From a virus, in the IMG/VR virus record IMGVR_UViG_3300032229_000759, positions 48,255 through 112,254 of that record: 64,000 nt of DNA; one strand, 5' to 3'. The stretch's first letter is position 1, and each line of letters opens with the position of its first letter. Of this stretch, positions 20,562 through 29,805 are shown piece after piece. Position numbers and translations under genes: made by a program. A model generated the notes under the pieces. The model did not search any database. It was given only the letters and a program-made list of their open reading frames with translations, and was not told the DNA's origin.

Positions 20562-21151
20562 ATATGGTTTTTATTCACGAGGGTGGACAGGAAGGAAAAG
20601 ACAATTTGAGTTTGTTGTTTTATGTCTATGGTATTATTATCTATAATAAGATCAAAATTGTTAGAGTCATAATTTTCTGGATCTAATGCAATTTCGCTCG
20701 AATGAGTAGAATGATAAGGATTACGAGTTAATTTGATAACATATCCCCCTGCTGATTTGACCGCTTCAACCTCGTTGGGGAACCTACAATCTGCAATAAT
20801 AGCGACCTCTGGCTGTTCTAAAACGATTTTTTTAATGGTTGCGCCTGCCCACACATCATTTTTTAATGTGCGGAAAATATCGGTTCCCACGAATTGCATC
20901 ACTTCTCTCGCCGTAAGGTTGGTATTATTCCAATACATATTGGTCAATGTGTTTTTATCTATATCATCTCCATAACACTGACTATGTGTCATCCCCAATA
21001 TATTCATACATATATCTTGTTTTAGCGGATCGGCAAAGTTGTAAATTTTACCAGATAAATTTATCTGTTCTTTAAAAAAATATAGACTAGCTTCTGCACA
21101 AGTTGTTTTGCCAGATTGTTTTCTTCCGGCAAAAGCTATAATATATGTCAT
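20558..21151 (-). CDS. Deoxynucleoside monophosphate kinase (T4 gp1-like)
   Basis: AGRKQSGKTT, FADPLK, REVMQFVGT, DCRFPNE, HSSE. Confidence 0.88.
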   Translation of the reverse strand: MTYIIAFAGRKQSGKTTCAEASLYFFKEQINLSGKIYNFADPLKQDICMNILGMTHSQCYGDDIDKNTLTNMYWNNTNLTAREVMQFVGTDIFRTLKNDVWAGATIKKIVLEQPEVAIIADCRFPNEVEAVKSAGGYVIKLTRNPYHSTHSSEIALDPENYDSNNFDLIIDNNTIDIKQQTQIVFSFLSTLVNKNHI

Positions 21152-22299
21152 ATAATACCTTTTAAAAACTCCTTAATTTCTGTGTTAATTTGTTCACAGG
21201 ACATTTCTCCAACATCGTTGGCGCTAATTGTTGGTACAAAAATACGATATGTGTTTTTGCATTTGTTTTTTATTTGTTCTGCTGCTTTACGCCCCGCTTC
21301 ATCATTATCGGTCAAGATTACTAGTGTCATTGCTCCAGAAGAATCCAAAATAATTTTTTGTCTATCGCTTAAAGAAGAACCAAACATAGCAACACTATTA
21401 TGTATGCCATTTTCTTCTAGTCTCCACACATTGCCAGGGCTTTCTACAATAAGTGCTGTGGCTGTCGCTTTAATATTCTCTTTAGCAAACCAAAAATTAT
21501 ATAAACAATTTTGGCTTTTAAAGTTAGCACTATGTTTCCATTTTGGATTTTGCCATCTTTTTTCTTCATCGGGACAAACATTGTTGCTGTCATGATAACA
21601 ATCGCAGTTATTACATTTGTCAAATAAACTCCTACCAGAACAGCCTATCATATATTTATAGTCGTTGTCATATATAGGCACAACTACTCTATTATACATT
21701 TCTTTATCTGGCTTGTTGCAAACCCCGACGTCGTATTTATCTAGTGTGTCTAGCGAATAATTTCTATTAATATAATATTCTGCGGGCCTGATTAAAGAAT
21801 TTCTAACCTGATTTCTGGTAGGAAATTTAGTAGAATTTTCTTTAGGGGTAGTATTAATATAATTGACTACGCTAGTAAACAGTCTTTTATCTTTTTCTAC
21901 CTTAGAAATTTTGATGTGTGATATGTCTTTTTTAATAAACGCTAGAGCAAAATCTATGGCTTCATCAAATGAACACGCTTTGTCCCCATTTTTTTCCCAT
22001 TTATACTTTTGATGAGAAATAATACCTCTTAAAAAACCGAGCACGGAACCCTTAAAAATTTTCTCACAGCCATGTGTTCTGCATTTCCAGTTACCCCTAT
22101 AAGTATCGCCCTCTGGATATAAATTCACAGCAGATATATTATCTCCACCGTGTATGGGACAAGCCATAGAAATCATTTTATTATTTGATCTATACTCTAT
22201 TTCAAACAAATCTAAAAGAGCGTGTATATTGTCACACACTTCGTCGCAAACTATCTTAAGTTTTGCTTGATCATTCAAAAGGGATTTCTTCACTTGCAT
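21148..22299 (-). CDS. dnaG: DnaG-type DNA primase
   Basis: CPIH..C..C Zn domain, RVVVPI, TOPRIM LIVES..DNDEAG; probable ATG 22299 overlapping the end of dnaB. Confidence 0.85.
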   Translation of the reverse strand: MQVKKSLLNDQAKLKIVCDEVCDNIHALLDLFEIEYRSNNKMISMACPIHGGDNISAVNLYPEGDTYRGNWKCRTHGCEKIFKGSVLGFLRGIISHQKYKWEKNGDKACSFDEAIDFALAFIKKDISHIKISKVEKDKRLFTSVVNYINTTPKENSTKFPTRNQVRNSLIRPAEYYINRNYSLDTLDKYDVGVCNKPDKEMYNRVVVPIYDNDYKYMIGCSGRSLFDKCNNCDCYHDSNNVCPDEEKRWQNPKWKHSANFKSQNCLYNFWFAKENIKATATALIVESPGNVWRLEENGIHNSVAMFGSSLSDRQKIILDSSGAMTLVILTDNDEAGRKAAEQIKNKCKNTYRIFVPTISANDVGEMSCEQINTEIKEFLKGII

Positions 22300-23728
22300 T
22301 TTGTTCTTCAACAATAAAGCCATCTGATGTTCTTCCTCTATTATTAGCAACTTCCAATTTAGTTCTACCTTCGGTAATCTTGGCACACCAGCCTTGCATA
22401 TGACAATTTATATAATCGTTGTCATCCAAGCCTCCGCCATGCCTACTAATTAATGGTATTAGTTTACGATTGCCATTATCCGGACCATCTTCCGCAATTT
22501 CCTCTGGCGTTTTTCTTTTAAATATACTGAAATTACTACACAGCCATATAATTCTATCTGAGCCACTCGCCGTATCGGTGCTTTCTTTGGTTATACCGTC
22601 TCTGTTTAACTGTATAAAGGCTACTATTGGCACTTTGTATCTAACAGCAAAGTTATGCAATGATGTCATCATAAAACCAAGAATTTGATATTCCTTTAAG
22701 TCTTGGCTCATACCAGCACTATCCATAAGTTTAAGATAATCATAAAAAATAACGCAGTCTTTAGCTGTTCCATCATCTTTAAGACCAACTTCTTTTAGAA
22801 GCCAGCGTCTCATAATAGCTAGCTGATCTTCAAAGGGCTTGCCCGCTATGCTTTTGTGATATAGGGGCGTTTTGGCTAATAGACGAGAAGCTGATATTAG
22901 TTTGTTTTTTTTGTCTGGAGAATCTGCAAACTTACCAGTTTCTATAGTGTTGATTTCAATCTCTGTCATCATTGCTAAGATACGATTAATATGGTCCTCT
23001 TTATTCATTTCGGTATCCATATTAAGTACAGGTACGCCCAGTTTTGCTATATTATAACCTAAATTATCCGATAATAAAGTCTTACCAGTTTTGGGTCTAG
23101 CTGCTATTACATTAACCGTGCCTCTTCTTAGACCTCCGCCAATAGATTGATCATAGGCCGGAAATCCAGTGGGAATACCCACTTGATCAATGGGATTAGA
23201 TTCCAAAGCCAGAATATATTCCTCTATGTTTTCGCCAATAGTTACCGGATGATTATCTGTATCATTTAACAAGGAGGTGAAATTAAAAATAGTTTCTTCT
23301 GCTATTCCTAAAATAGACCCTACAGGCTCTGTGCCATTAACATCCAAGATTTTTTCTTGTGCTAGTTCCAGCTGTTTACGCAATAGCCTAGCAATTTCTA
23401 ATTTTCTGATTTTAGCTGCAAATTTTCTAACATTATCTAGACTAACAGGAAAATCCATAATAGCCTTCAAGTGTTGGGTTTCTTCTTTTTTTGTAATTAT
23501 ATGAGAAAAACCCAGCTCTTCTGCCACAGAAAATATAGTTGCTATATCTATACTTGGCTTTTGTTCTCTTTCACAAACTGTTTTTAGACATTTAAATATA
23601 ATAGCATTACTATCTATAGTAAAAGAGGTGTCTTGAATAATATCCGCTATGTCCAAATACGCCACTTCGCCATAATTGCAAATGCCAGATAAAACGGCGC
23701 GTTCTGCGGCCACATCACATAAAATCAT
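22271..23728 (-). CDS. dnaB: Replicative DNA helicase
   Basis: AERAVL, GIPTGF, AARPKTGKT, DTEM, YDYL, QLNR. Confidence 0.93.
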   Translation of the reverse strand: MILCDVAAERAVLSGICNYGEVAYLDIADIIQDTSFTIDSNAIIFKCLKTVCEREQKPSIDIATIFSVAEELGFSHIITKKEETQHLKAIMDFPVSLDNVRKFAAKIRKLEIARLLRKQLELAQEKILDVNGTEPVGSILGIAEETIFNFTSLLNDTDNHPVTIGENIEEYILALESNPIDQVGIPTGFPAYDQSIGGGLRRGTVNVIAARPKTGKTLLSDNLGYNIAKLGVPVLNMDTEMNKEDHINRILAMMTEIEINTIETGKFADSPDKKNKLISASRLLAKTPLYHKSIAGKPFEDQLAIMRRWLLKEVGLKDDGTAKDCVIFYDYLKLMDSAGMSQDLKEYQILGFMMTSLHNFAVRYKVPIVAFIQLNRDGITKESTDTASGSDRIIWLCSNFSIFKRKTPEEIAEDGPDNGNRKLIPLISRHGGGLDDNDYINCHMQGWCAKITEGRTKLEVANNRGRTSDGFIVEEQNASEEIPFE

Positions 23729-23752
23729 ACAAATATTCCTGTATCCTTTTTA

Positions 23753-24133
23753 TTAACCCGCTGTTCCTGAACACCTGTTACACTTATATCTATCTAGAGA
23801 ATCGGTAATCAAAACAGGATTAACTTCTTCTTTTTTCCCGCACACCCTGCAAGAAACCTTAATTAGTTTAAATTTTCTAGCCCTTGGCACAGGAGGCTGA
23901 GTCGCTAATTTTTTATCAACTTCTACATCTTCTTTGTGCATTCGTCTTTCTGGCATATCGTCAAACTTATTACGACTATGTGATACGTCGTTGGTTTTTA
24001 TATTATTGTTTGTAGGATTAGTCACGGCTTCATGATCTTTTGTCTCAGTTTTAGTTTCTTGGGGAGGAAGCATAGACTGTAACATTTGAATCATTTGCTG
24101 AATTTGCTGAGGATTTAAACTTATATTATCCAT
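23753..24133 (-). CDS. Hypothetical protein with C-terminal Zn finger
   Basis: CRVC...CNRC. Confidence 0.5.
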   Translation of the reverse strand: MDNISLNPQQIQQMIQMLQSMLPPQETKTETKDHEAVTNPTNNNIKTNDVSHSRNKFDDMPERRMHKEDVEVDKKLATQPPVPRARKFKLIKVSCRVCGKKEEVNPVLITDSLDRYKCNRCSGTAG

Positions 24134-24617
24134 ATTTAGTACTCTTAATTTTTTGAATTGATAATAAAATGTCCGATAGATTCTTCATAGAATTAGCTAA
24201 ATAAGACAGTCTATCAGTTCTCTGTTTAGCATAGATTTTTATTTTATTGAGAGCCTGGGCCTTATCATTATGCTTAATAGCCTGATTAGATTTTTCTATG
24301 TATCCATAGCCTTTATAGTTGTTGATATCATCTGCTATAGCAGCTTTAGTGTTTTCGTCGGCCCAATTGTGTCTGGCTATTTCTCTATTAATGGTTCTTT
24401 GTATATGAAAAGAAAATTGACCAAGCCTATAGGAAATTTGTCCACAGTCTTCTGGTGTTAATTTTTCCAGCTCGTCCCTGCTCATCGTCAAATAACCATT
24501 GAGTTCCTGTTCAGATAATACGCCGGGATTGTATTTGGGCAAGCCGAGTTGATTTTCGTACTCGTCTAATAGAACATCCCAATCCTGTAGTTCTTCTTTA
24601 GCTGTTTTGGTGCTCAT
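24126..24617 (-). CDS. Helical hypothetical protein, possible UvsY-like recombination mediator
   Basis: Coiled-coil character and position downstream of recA; function is inference. Confidence 0.35.
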   Translation of the reverse strand: MSTKTAKEELQDWDVLLDEYENQLGLPKYNPGVLSEQELNGYLTMSRDELEKLTPEDCGQISYRLGQFSFHIQRTINREIARHNWADENTKAAIADDINNYKGYGYIEKSNQAIKHNDKAQALNKIKIYAKQRTDRLSYLANSMKNLSDILLSIQKIKSTKYG

Positions 24618-25017
24618 TTTTAATTCTGTCCTTCCATTCATCTAGTTTTTCGTGAAACGGCAACTCTATATAGCTGATACTATTGACATGGCACCACTCT
24701 TGTTTTTCTTGGTCTCTTTTTTTGTGTTTGATAAAACCTAATAAATTATTATGATAAAAAGGCACAAACTTATAGTGTTGTTCACCATGTACTTCTATGC
24801 ATCTCTTTAAAAGGGGTATATAAAAATCTAAGTATAATGTTTCAGACCTTCTTAAGGGTATCGCTACTTCTTCCAAAACCTGCATAGTTGGAAATAGTTC
24901 ATGTATTAAATTTCTAGCGGTTAGATGAAATGAAGATTTATTTTTTATACTTCCATGGGCGATACCGCCTATTAATTGCCATTTTACGGTATTGCCATCT
25001 AAATCTTTGACATTCAT
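24598..25017 (-). CDS. DUF559/Vsr-like PD-(D/E)XK endonuclease
   Basis: LDFYIPLLKRCIEVHGEQHY, RDQEKQEWC. Confidence 0.7.
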   Translation of the reverse strand: MNVKDLDGNTVKWQLIGGIAHGSIKNKSSFHLTARNLIHELFPTMQVLEEVAIPLRRSETLYLDFYIPLLKRCIEVHGEQHYKFVPFYHNNLLGFIKHKKRDQEKQEWCHVNSISYIELPFHEKLDEWKDRIKNEHQNS

Positions 25018-26033
25018 TTGATACCCATGGTGCTTTTAACTTCTTTTAATAAGCTATGATAAACTTTGGGATTATCTACTAAATATTGTCTTAGCTTTTC
25101 TGTTCCTTGAAATTTGGGTTTGTCTTCTACAGAAGTAAGCGTGTACCATGCTCCGCCCTTATGTATGAGTCCAATATCCACAGCCAACATCAATAACTCC
25201 ATTTGCTTATCTATGCCTTGTCCATATCTGATATAGCTGGTTATAGTACCGCCAGGAGAACCTAAAGCAGAACAAATAACTTGCCATTGTATTTCTTGTC
25301 CAATTTGCTGACCATCTTCTGATGAACCAACTTTCCACGCTTTATGAAATTGTGCTCTCAGTTTAATATCTGTTTGGTAGGCAATAGCTTGTCCACTTTT
25401 TTCTTTCCATTCAACGTGACCAGTGCCGGGATTGCCCATTAAATGAGTAATACCAATAACAATATTTCTATTTACCGGAATAACGTTTGCTACTTTACGA
25501 CAAAACTTAGCTAATAATTTAGCTCCGTCTGCTCTTTGCATCTTATTCATATCCGATGTAATCTCGGTTTCTGTACATAAAGCAGAATACGAGTCTATGA
25601 TTAAAACTGATCCTGGTATTTCGTTTATAATTCTTTCGGCGATCTGTAGATATTCTTCTGCGTGTAATATTTTTCCTTGTTGAGATCCTATGACATGAAA
25701 ACGCTCTAGATTTAATCCTGGTATACCTTCCAAATCTCTCTTTTTTAATCTACCTTCTATATTTAGGTAATACACTTCTCTGCCTTCTTTAAAGCCAGCG
25801 TAAGCATATTCGGGTTTTTGTGCTGTTGCGGCAAAATCTAATGAGGTTGTGGTTTTTCCACACTTAGGTTGCCCTGTTAAAATCATGAAACTTCCTTCTG
25901 GTACTCCTCCATTTAAGATAATATCAAGAGAAGGACTTACTGGGATTGTAATAAGTTTTTTATCAACAACGGCACTAGCAGTTAGCATAATTTCTGTGCC
26001 GAAATTTTTAATTACGTCATCTTTTAAACTCAT
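25014..26033 (-). CDS. recA: RecA/UvsX-like recombinase
   Basis: SLDIILNGGVPEG, GQPKCGKTT, IIDS, GLIHKGGAWY. Confidence 0.88.
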   Translation of the reverse strand: MSLKDDVIKNFGTEIMLTASAVVDKKLITIPVSPSLDIILNGGVPEGSFMILTGQPKCGKTTTSLDFAATAQKPEYAYAGFKEGREVYYLNIEGRLKKRDLEGIPGLNLERFHVIGSQQGKILHAEEYLQIAERIINEIPGSVLIIDSYSALCTETEITSDMNKMQRADGAKLLAKFCRKVANVIPVNRNIVIGITHLMGNPGTGHVEWKEKSGQAIAYQTDIKLRAQFHKAWKVGSSEDGQQIGQEIQWQVICSALGSPGGTITSYIRYGQGIDKQMELLMLAVDIGLIHKGGAWYTLTSVEDKPKFQGTEKLRQYLVDNPKVYHSLLKEVKSTMGIK

Positions 26034-26464
26034 TGATCTAATCCTTTTAGTTTAGAAATAATATTTTTACCTGAAGAAATTTCTGTAGGCCCAAATGTCT
26101 TATTTTGATTTCTATTAATGGCCAGAGTAAGATTTTGATTTTCTTGTGTCATTAGAGTGATTTGTTCTTCTATTATAGAAGGTAAGTGAGGAGCCCGCAA
26201 AGAGTAAATTTTTTTACCCTGTGGTGTCTGTAGAGCGCGAACTATAGCTTTGGGCTCGTATTGTTTAACTAATTTATTAGCAGATGCTATTTGATTTCTA
26301 TAAAAGGCTGCCCATTTTTTTTGAGTCCAAAATTTATAATGAAGATCTGCTTTATCCAAAATAGCCTTGCGTTCACAAATCAATTCCGTAATGAACTGAG
26401 CAGCGGTGACTTGTTTGCCGTTAGAATATTTAGAAAGATACTTGTCTGGAGAATTATCCATCAT
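26030..26464 (-). CDS. Hypothetical protein
   Basis: ORF coupled to recA; probable ATG 26464. Confidence 0.55.
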   Translation of the reverse strand: MMDNSPDKYLSKYSNGKQVTAAQFITELICERKAILDKADLHYKFWTQKKWAAFYRNQIASANKLVKQYEPKAIVRALQTPQGKKIYSLRAPHLPSIIEEQITLMTQENQNLTLAINRNQNKTFGPTEISSGKNIISKLKGLDQ

Positions 26465-26867
26465 TTTTTGTATTAAAGTTTTGACAAGTTTTTTCCAAAG
26501 AATCGTGAAAGATTTCAAAAAATTTATTCATATATTGTTGATAATCTTCTTTGGCCTTAACAGGAATATGATAAAATTTTTCTAATACCTCTATATTATC
26601 TGATAAATATCCTTTACTATCAACCTCTGAGACTTCTGCTTTGATGGTTACTGTAATCTCATATGGTCCTACAGTCAGTGTTTTAGGATGTAAAACCTCT
26701 GGATGTTTACTACTAAAGTCGGGATTGTCAGACATCTTATCCCAATGATCAAACTTATGTGTCTTAGCATCATGCAGCACAGAGGATAGTTTAGTCTCTA
26801 TTTTTTCTAAGAGAGCCTTTTCTTCTGTGCTTAAATCTTTAAAGATATCTGTATGATCTTGATTCAT
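26454..26867 (-). CDS. Hypothetical protein
   Basis: ORF in tightly packed operon. Confidence 0.55.
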   Translation of the reverse strand: MNQDHTDIFKDLSTEEKALLEKIETKLSSVLHDAKTHKFDHWDKMSDNPDFSSKHPEVLHPKTLTVGPYEITVTIKAEVSEVDSKGYLSDNIEVLEKFYHIPVKAKEDYQQYMNKFFEIFHDSLEKTCQNFNTKNDG

Positions 26868-27229
26868 TTTTGATTAGGCCTAAAGATTCCCTTTTCTCTT
26901 TTTGGTATATTATGTGATGCTTTTTTAAATTCATCATTTAATTGAGAGGCTTCTTTGGTCATTATCGACACGTTTCGTGTTTTACCAGCGCTCTCTGTAA
27001 TCATTAGATTTTTAGAACTGGGCTTTTTAACTGGAGAAGACACTGTTTTAATTTTTGAGGTTTCCTCGTCTTGAGTATTAGTTTTAATAACATTAGACAC
27101 CTGAGTATCTGTTAAAGACAATTCACCAGAAATTTTAGACAGAGACCATCCTTGACTATGTAGCCAAAGAGTCGCGTACTTTTGTGTTTTATTAACTCTA
27201 GACATTTCACTCATCCTCTCTTTCTGCAT
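26864..27229 (-). CDS. Hypothetical protein with N-terminal HTH
   Basis: LHSQGWSLSKISGELSLTDTQV HTH-like. Confidence 0.5.
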   Translation of the reverse strand: MQKERMSEMSRVNKTQKYATLWLHSQGWSLSKISGELSLTDTQVSNVIKTNTQDEETSKIKTVSSPVKKPSSKNLMITESAGKTRNVSIMTKEASQLNDEFKKASHNIPKREKGIFRPNQK

Positions 27230-27608
27230 TAGATAACCAAGCCGTATTTTTAGTAGACAAAAACTTTACATACCACTCAAATACTTTTTGACTTACTTCC
27301 TTGTGTTTATTGTTAGATCTGCACACACGATCCAAAAAACTCTTTGGGTGTTCTTGACCATAAATAGACACAGGATTATAAAACTTGCCACTAGTATTAA
27401 GTCTAACAATATATTTTATAGTATTATCTTTGCGTATAATTTTTTTAGCAAAGACGCTCTCAGAATCTAATTTCACTCTAGGATTACCTTCTGTATCTAT
27501 AAAGTCTTCTAATCCAGCGAGTGTATAATAGTTATCTTCTGATGATGCATCGGTGCTTTCTGCGGTATATCTACTTTCTGGTTTATAAATAAAACTGTTG
27601 TCGCTCAT
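27207..27608 (-). CDS. Hypothetical protein
   Basis: ORF in operon. Confidence 0.55.
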   Translation of the reverse strand: MSDNSFIYKPESRYTAESTDASSEDNYYTLAGLEDFIDTEGNPRVKLDSESVFAKKIIRKDNTIKYIVRLNTSGKFYNPVSIYGQEHPKSFLDRVCRSNNKHKEVSQKVFEWYVKFLSTKNTAWLSNAEREDE

Positions 27609-27622
27609 AATAAGTAGCCTCT

Positions 27623-27976
27623 CTATTTGGACCAACGATATTTAAAATTGGGTTTTTGTATTCTAGACATGCCAGACGGTAATTCTTTGGTAGATTTTTG
27701 TTCTTTGTATTCGTTATGTTTTGATTCTAGATTAGCTTTATGGTCACTGCTCATTTTATCTCTATTACGATTGGCTAAATCTCCAATAGTTTTTAGATCG
27801 CTATCATTTTTTATGACGGACGTATTTAAACTACCCAAATCCTCTAAATAGTTTCTAGATACAAAATCTATACTTTGGCATTGAGGACACATAGTTTTTT
27901 CTTTATATTCACGAATAGAACATACTATACTAAATACGGTATTACATTTATCGCAAGAATATGTGTATTCAGGCAT
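27623..27976 (-). CDS. FmdB-family Zn-ribbon protein
   Basis: MPEYTYSCDKC...F....CPQC. Confidence 0.8.
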   Translation of the reverse strand: MPEYTYSCDKCNTVFSIVCSIREYKEKTMCPQCQSIDFVSRNYLEDLGSLNTSVIKNDSDLKTIGDLANRNRDKMSSDHKANLESKHNEYKEQKSTKELPSGMSRIQKPNFKYRWSK

Positions 27977-28556
27977 TATAATAAGACTCGGGTAGATAAA
28001 CAGACCATTCCTCCGGTATGTCTGATCTTATCTTAAGGAGAAGGTTCGATACTGGCAAGTACTTTAAGCTTCTATTCGGGACTATAGGAAGATTTCTTAG
28101 TGGCATATTGGCCTGTGATGGTGTTCTATTACCCTTTTTTCTATTACAGGCTACGCAGGCCGTAACTATATTAGTCCAACAAGTAGGTGAACCACTTTTA
28201 TTTTTCCACACAGACTTAGGAATAACATGATCGTAGGTTAATTCTGCTGTGTCTTTTTGAATCCCACAGTATTGACAGCTATAACTATCCCTAATAAATA
28301 AATTTTTTCTCGAAAAATTCACACTTTGATAATTTATCTTAAAATACTTAACAGTTTTTACTACTGCCGGGATGGGTATTTTTTTATTATTTGTGCCCTG
28401 TATATAATCGTTTTTATAGAAGTCAATAATATCAACGCCAAATTTAGAATTTAGCTGATGTTTACATGACCAAATAATAGCTCTTTTCCAACTAATAATA
28501 CCCAAAGGAGAATAATCAGCATTTAATACCAAGCATTGACTATTTATCTGTCTCAT
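27969..28556 (-). CDS. HNH endonuclease (McrA-like)
   Basis: CLVLNADY.PL, RD.YSCQYCG, LTYDHVIP, NIVTACVACN.KKG. Confidence 0.9.
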   Translation of the reverse strand: MRQINSQCLVLNADYSPLGIISWKRAIIWSCKHQLNSKFGVDIIDFYKNDYIQGTNNKKIPIPAVVKTVKYFKINYQSVNFSRKNLFIRDSYSCQYCGIQKDTAELTYDHVIPKSVWKNKSGSPTCWTNIVTACVACNRKKGNRTPSQANMPLRNLPIVPNRSLKYLPVSNLLLKIRSDIPEEWSVYLPESYYNA

Positions 28557-29274
28557 GTTCGAAATTGTCTAATCTACTAATAATTTTTGCAATAATGGGA
28601 TTTCTAACGATATCTGATAACTCTAATTTAGATATACCTATACCATCAACACCAGACAAGGCTCTAATAACATTATAGAATCCACCTTGTATATGTTTAT
28701 GTAAATCAGACTGACTGGTATCCCCAGTTAAAACCATTTTGCTACCATTACCAATACGTGTCAATAACATTTTTAACTGATCATACGAAGCGTTTTGACA
28801 TTCATCAGCAACAATAAATGCATTATGAAAATTACGACCTCTCATTAATCCTAATGGAACAATTTCTATTTTATTATTTGTTTTTAGGCTGCTATACATA
28901 GCAGAAGATATGAAGTGATTAACCTCATCAAATAATGGCAATAAATACGGGTGTAGTTTTTCTTCTGCTGTACCGGGTAAATATCCTATTTTTTCTCCTG
29001 ATTCTACTACTGGTCTAGTAATAATAATCTTAGCTACTTTATTATCTAATAAATATTCTAAAGCCATGCCAATAGCAATGTGTGTTTTACCACTACCGGC
29101 AACTCCTTGACAAAAAGTAATCGTGTTTTCTGCTACTGCTCTGATATATTCTTTTTGATTTTCTGATCTTGGTCTTAATCTATTCCTGTAAATTTGACTA
29201 GGCGACGAAATTTCGTTTGTAGCATCTATAGTTCTGGATTTTCTCTTGGCGCTTTTGTTATTTTTTTTTCTCAA
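28540..29274 (-). CDS. phoH: PhoH-like ATPase
   Basis: GVAGSGKT, ITRPVVE, GYLPG, MRGR, DECQN, TRIG, GDTSQSD. Confidence 0.93.
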   Translation of the reverse strand: MRKKNNKSAKRKSRTIDATNEISSPSQIYRNRLRPRSENQKEYIRAVAENTITFCQGVAGSGKTHIAIGMALEYLLDNKVAKIIITRPVVESGEKIGYLPGTAEEKLHPYLLPLFDEVNHFISSAMYSSLKTNNKIEIVPLGLMRGRNFHNAFIVADECQNASYDQLKMLLTRIGNGSKMVLTGDTSQSDLHKHIQGGFYNVIRALSGVDGIGISKLELSDIVRNPIIAKIISRLDNFEHETDK

Positions 29275-29343
29275 TGCGTACCCTTTGACTATAAAGACAG
29301 GTATACCAATTTACATTAATATACACCACTTATATAGCATTTC

Positions 29344-29805
29344 TTATTGTAATCCACTAGATCCAAAGCCTTTATTGGATCGACTAGTTTCTGACAAATC
29401 ATTGGATTCCTCAAACTCAAAATTATAGTGTTTTTCGATGATTAATTGGGCTATACGATCCCCTCCCTTTAATTTAATCGACTCATAGGGGTCTGTATTA
29501 TGTAGCACCACTCCTAGTTCTCCTCTGTATGAAGAGTCAATCACTCCTGCTAAAACATCTAGGCCATTTTTAAAAGCCAAACCGGATCTTGGCGCTATTC
29601 TGCCATAATAGTGTTTGGGTATCTCCACCATCAATCCTGTTCTAACCAATATTCGACCCAGAGGAGGAATATGTATATCGTCTAAACATCTAAGATCTAC
29701 CCCGGCATCGTCTGGACTATTTCTAGATGGCCTGGATGCTCTAGAATCAACAATTTTAAATTTAATGAAATGTGTGCCCTTATCCCCTGATATAGTTTTG
29801 ATCAT
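29344..29805 (-). CDS. dut: Trimeric dUTPase
   Basis: AGVDL, APRSGLA, GVIDSSYRGE, DRIAQL, RSNKGFGSSG. Confidence 0.95.
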   Translation of the reverse strand: MIKTISGDKGTHFIKFKIVDSRASRPSRNSPDDAGVDLRCLDDIHIPPLGRILVRTGLMVEIPKHYYGRIAPRSGLAFKNGLDVLAGVIDSSYRGELGVVLHNTDPYESIKLKGGDRIAQLIIEKHYNFEFEESNDLSETSRSNKGFGSSGLQ

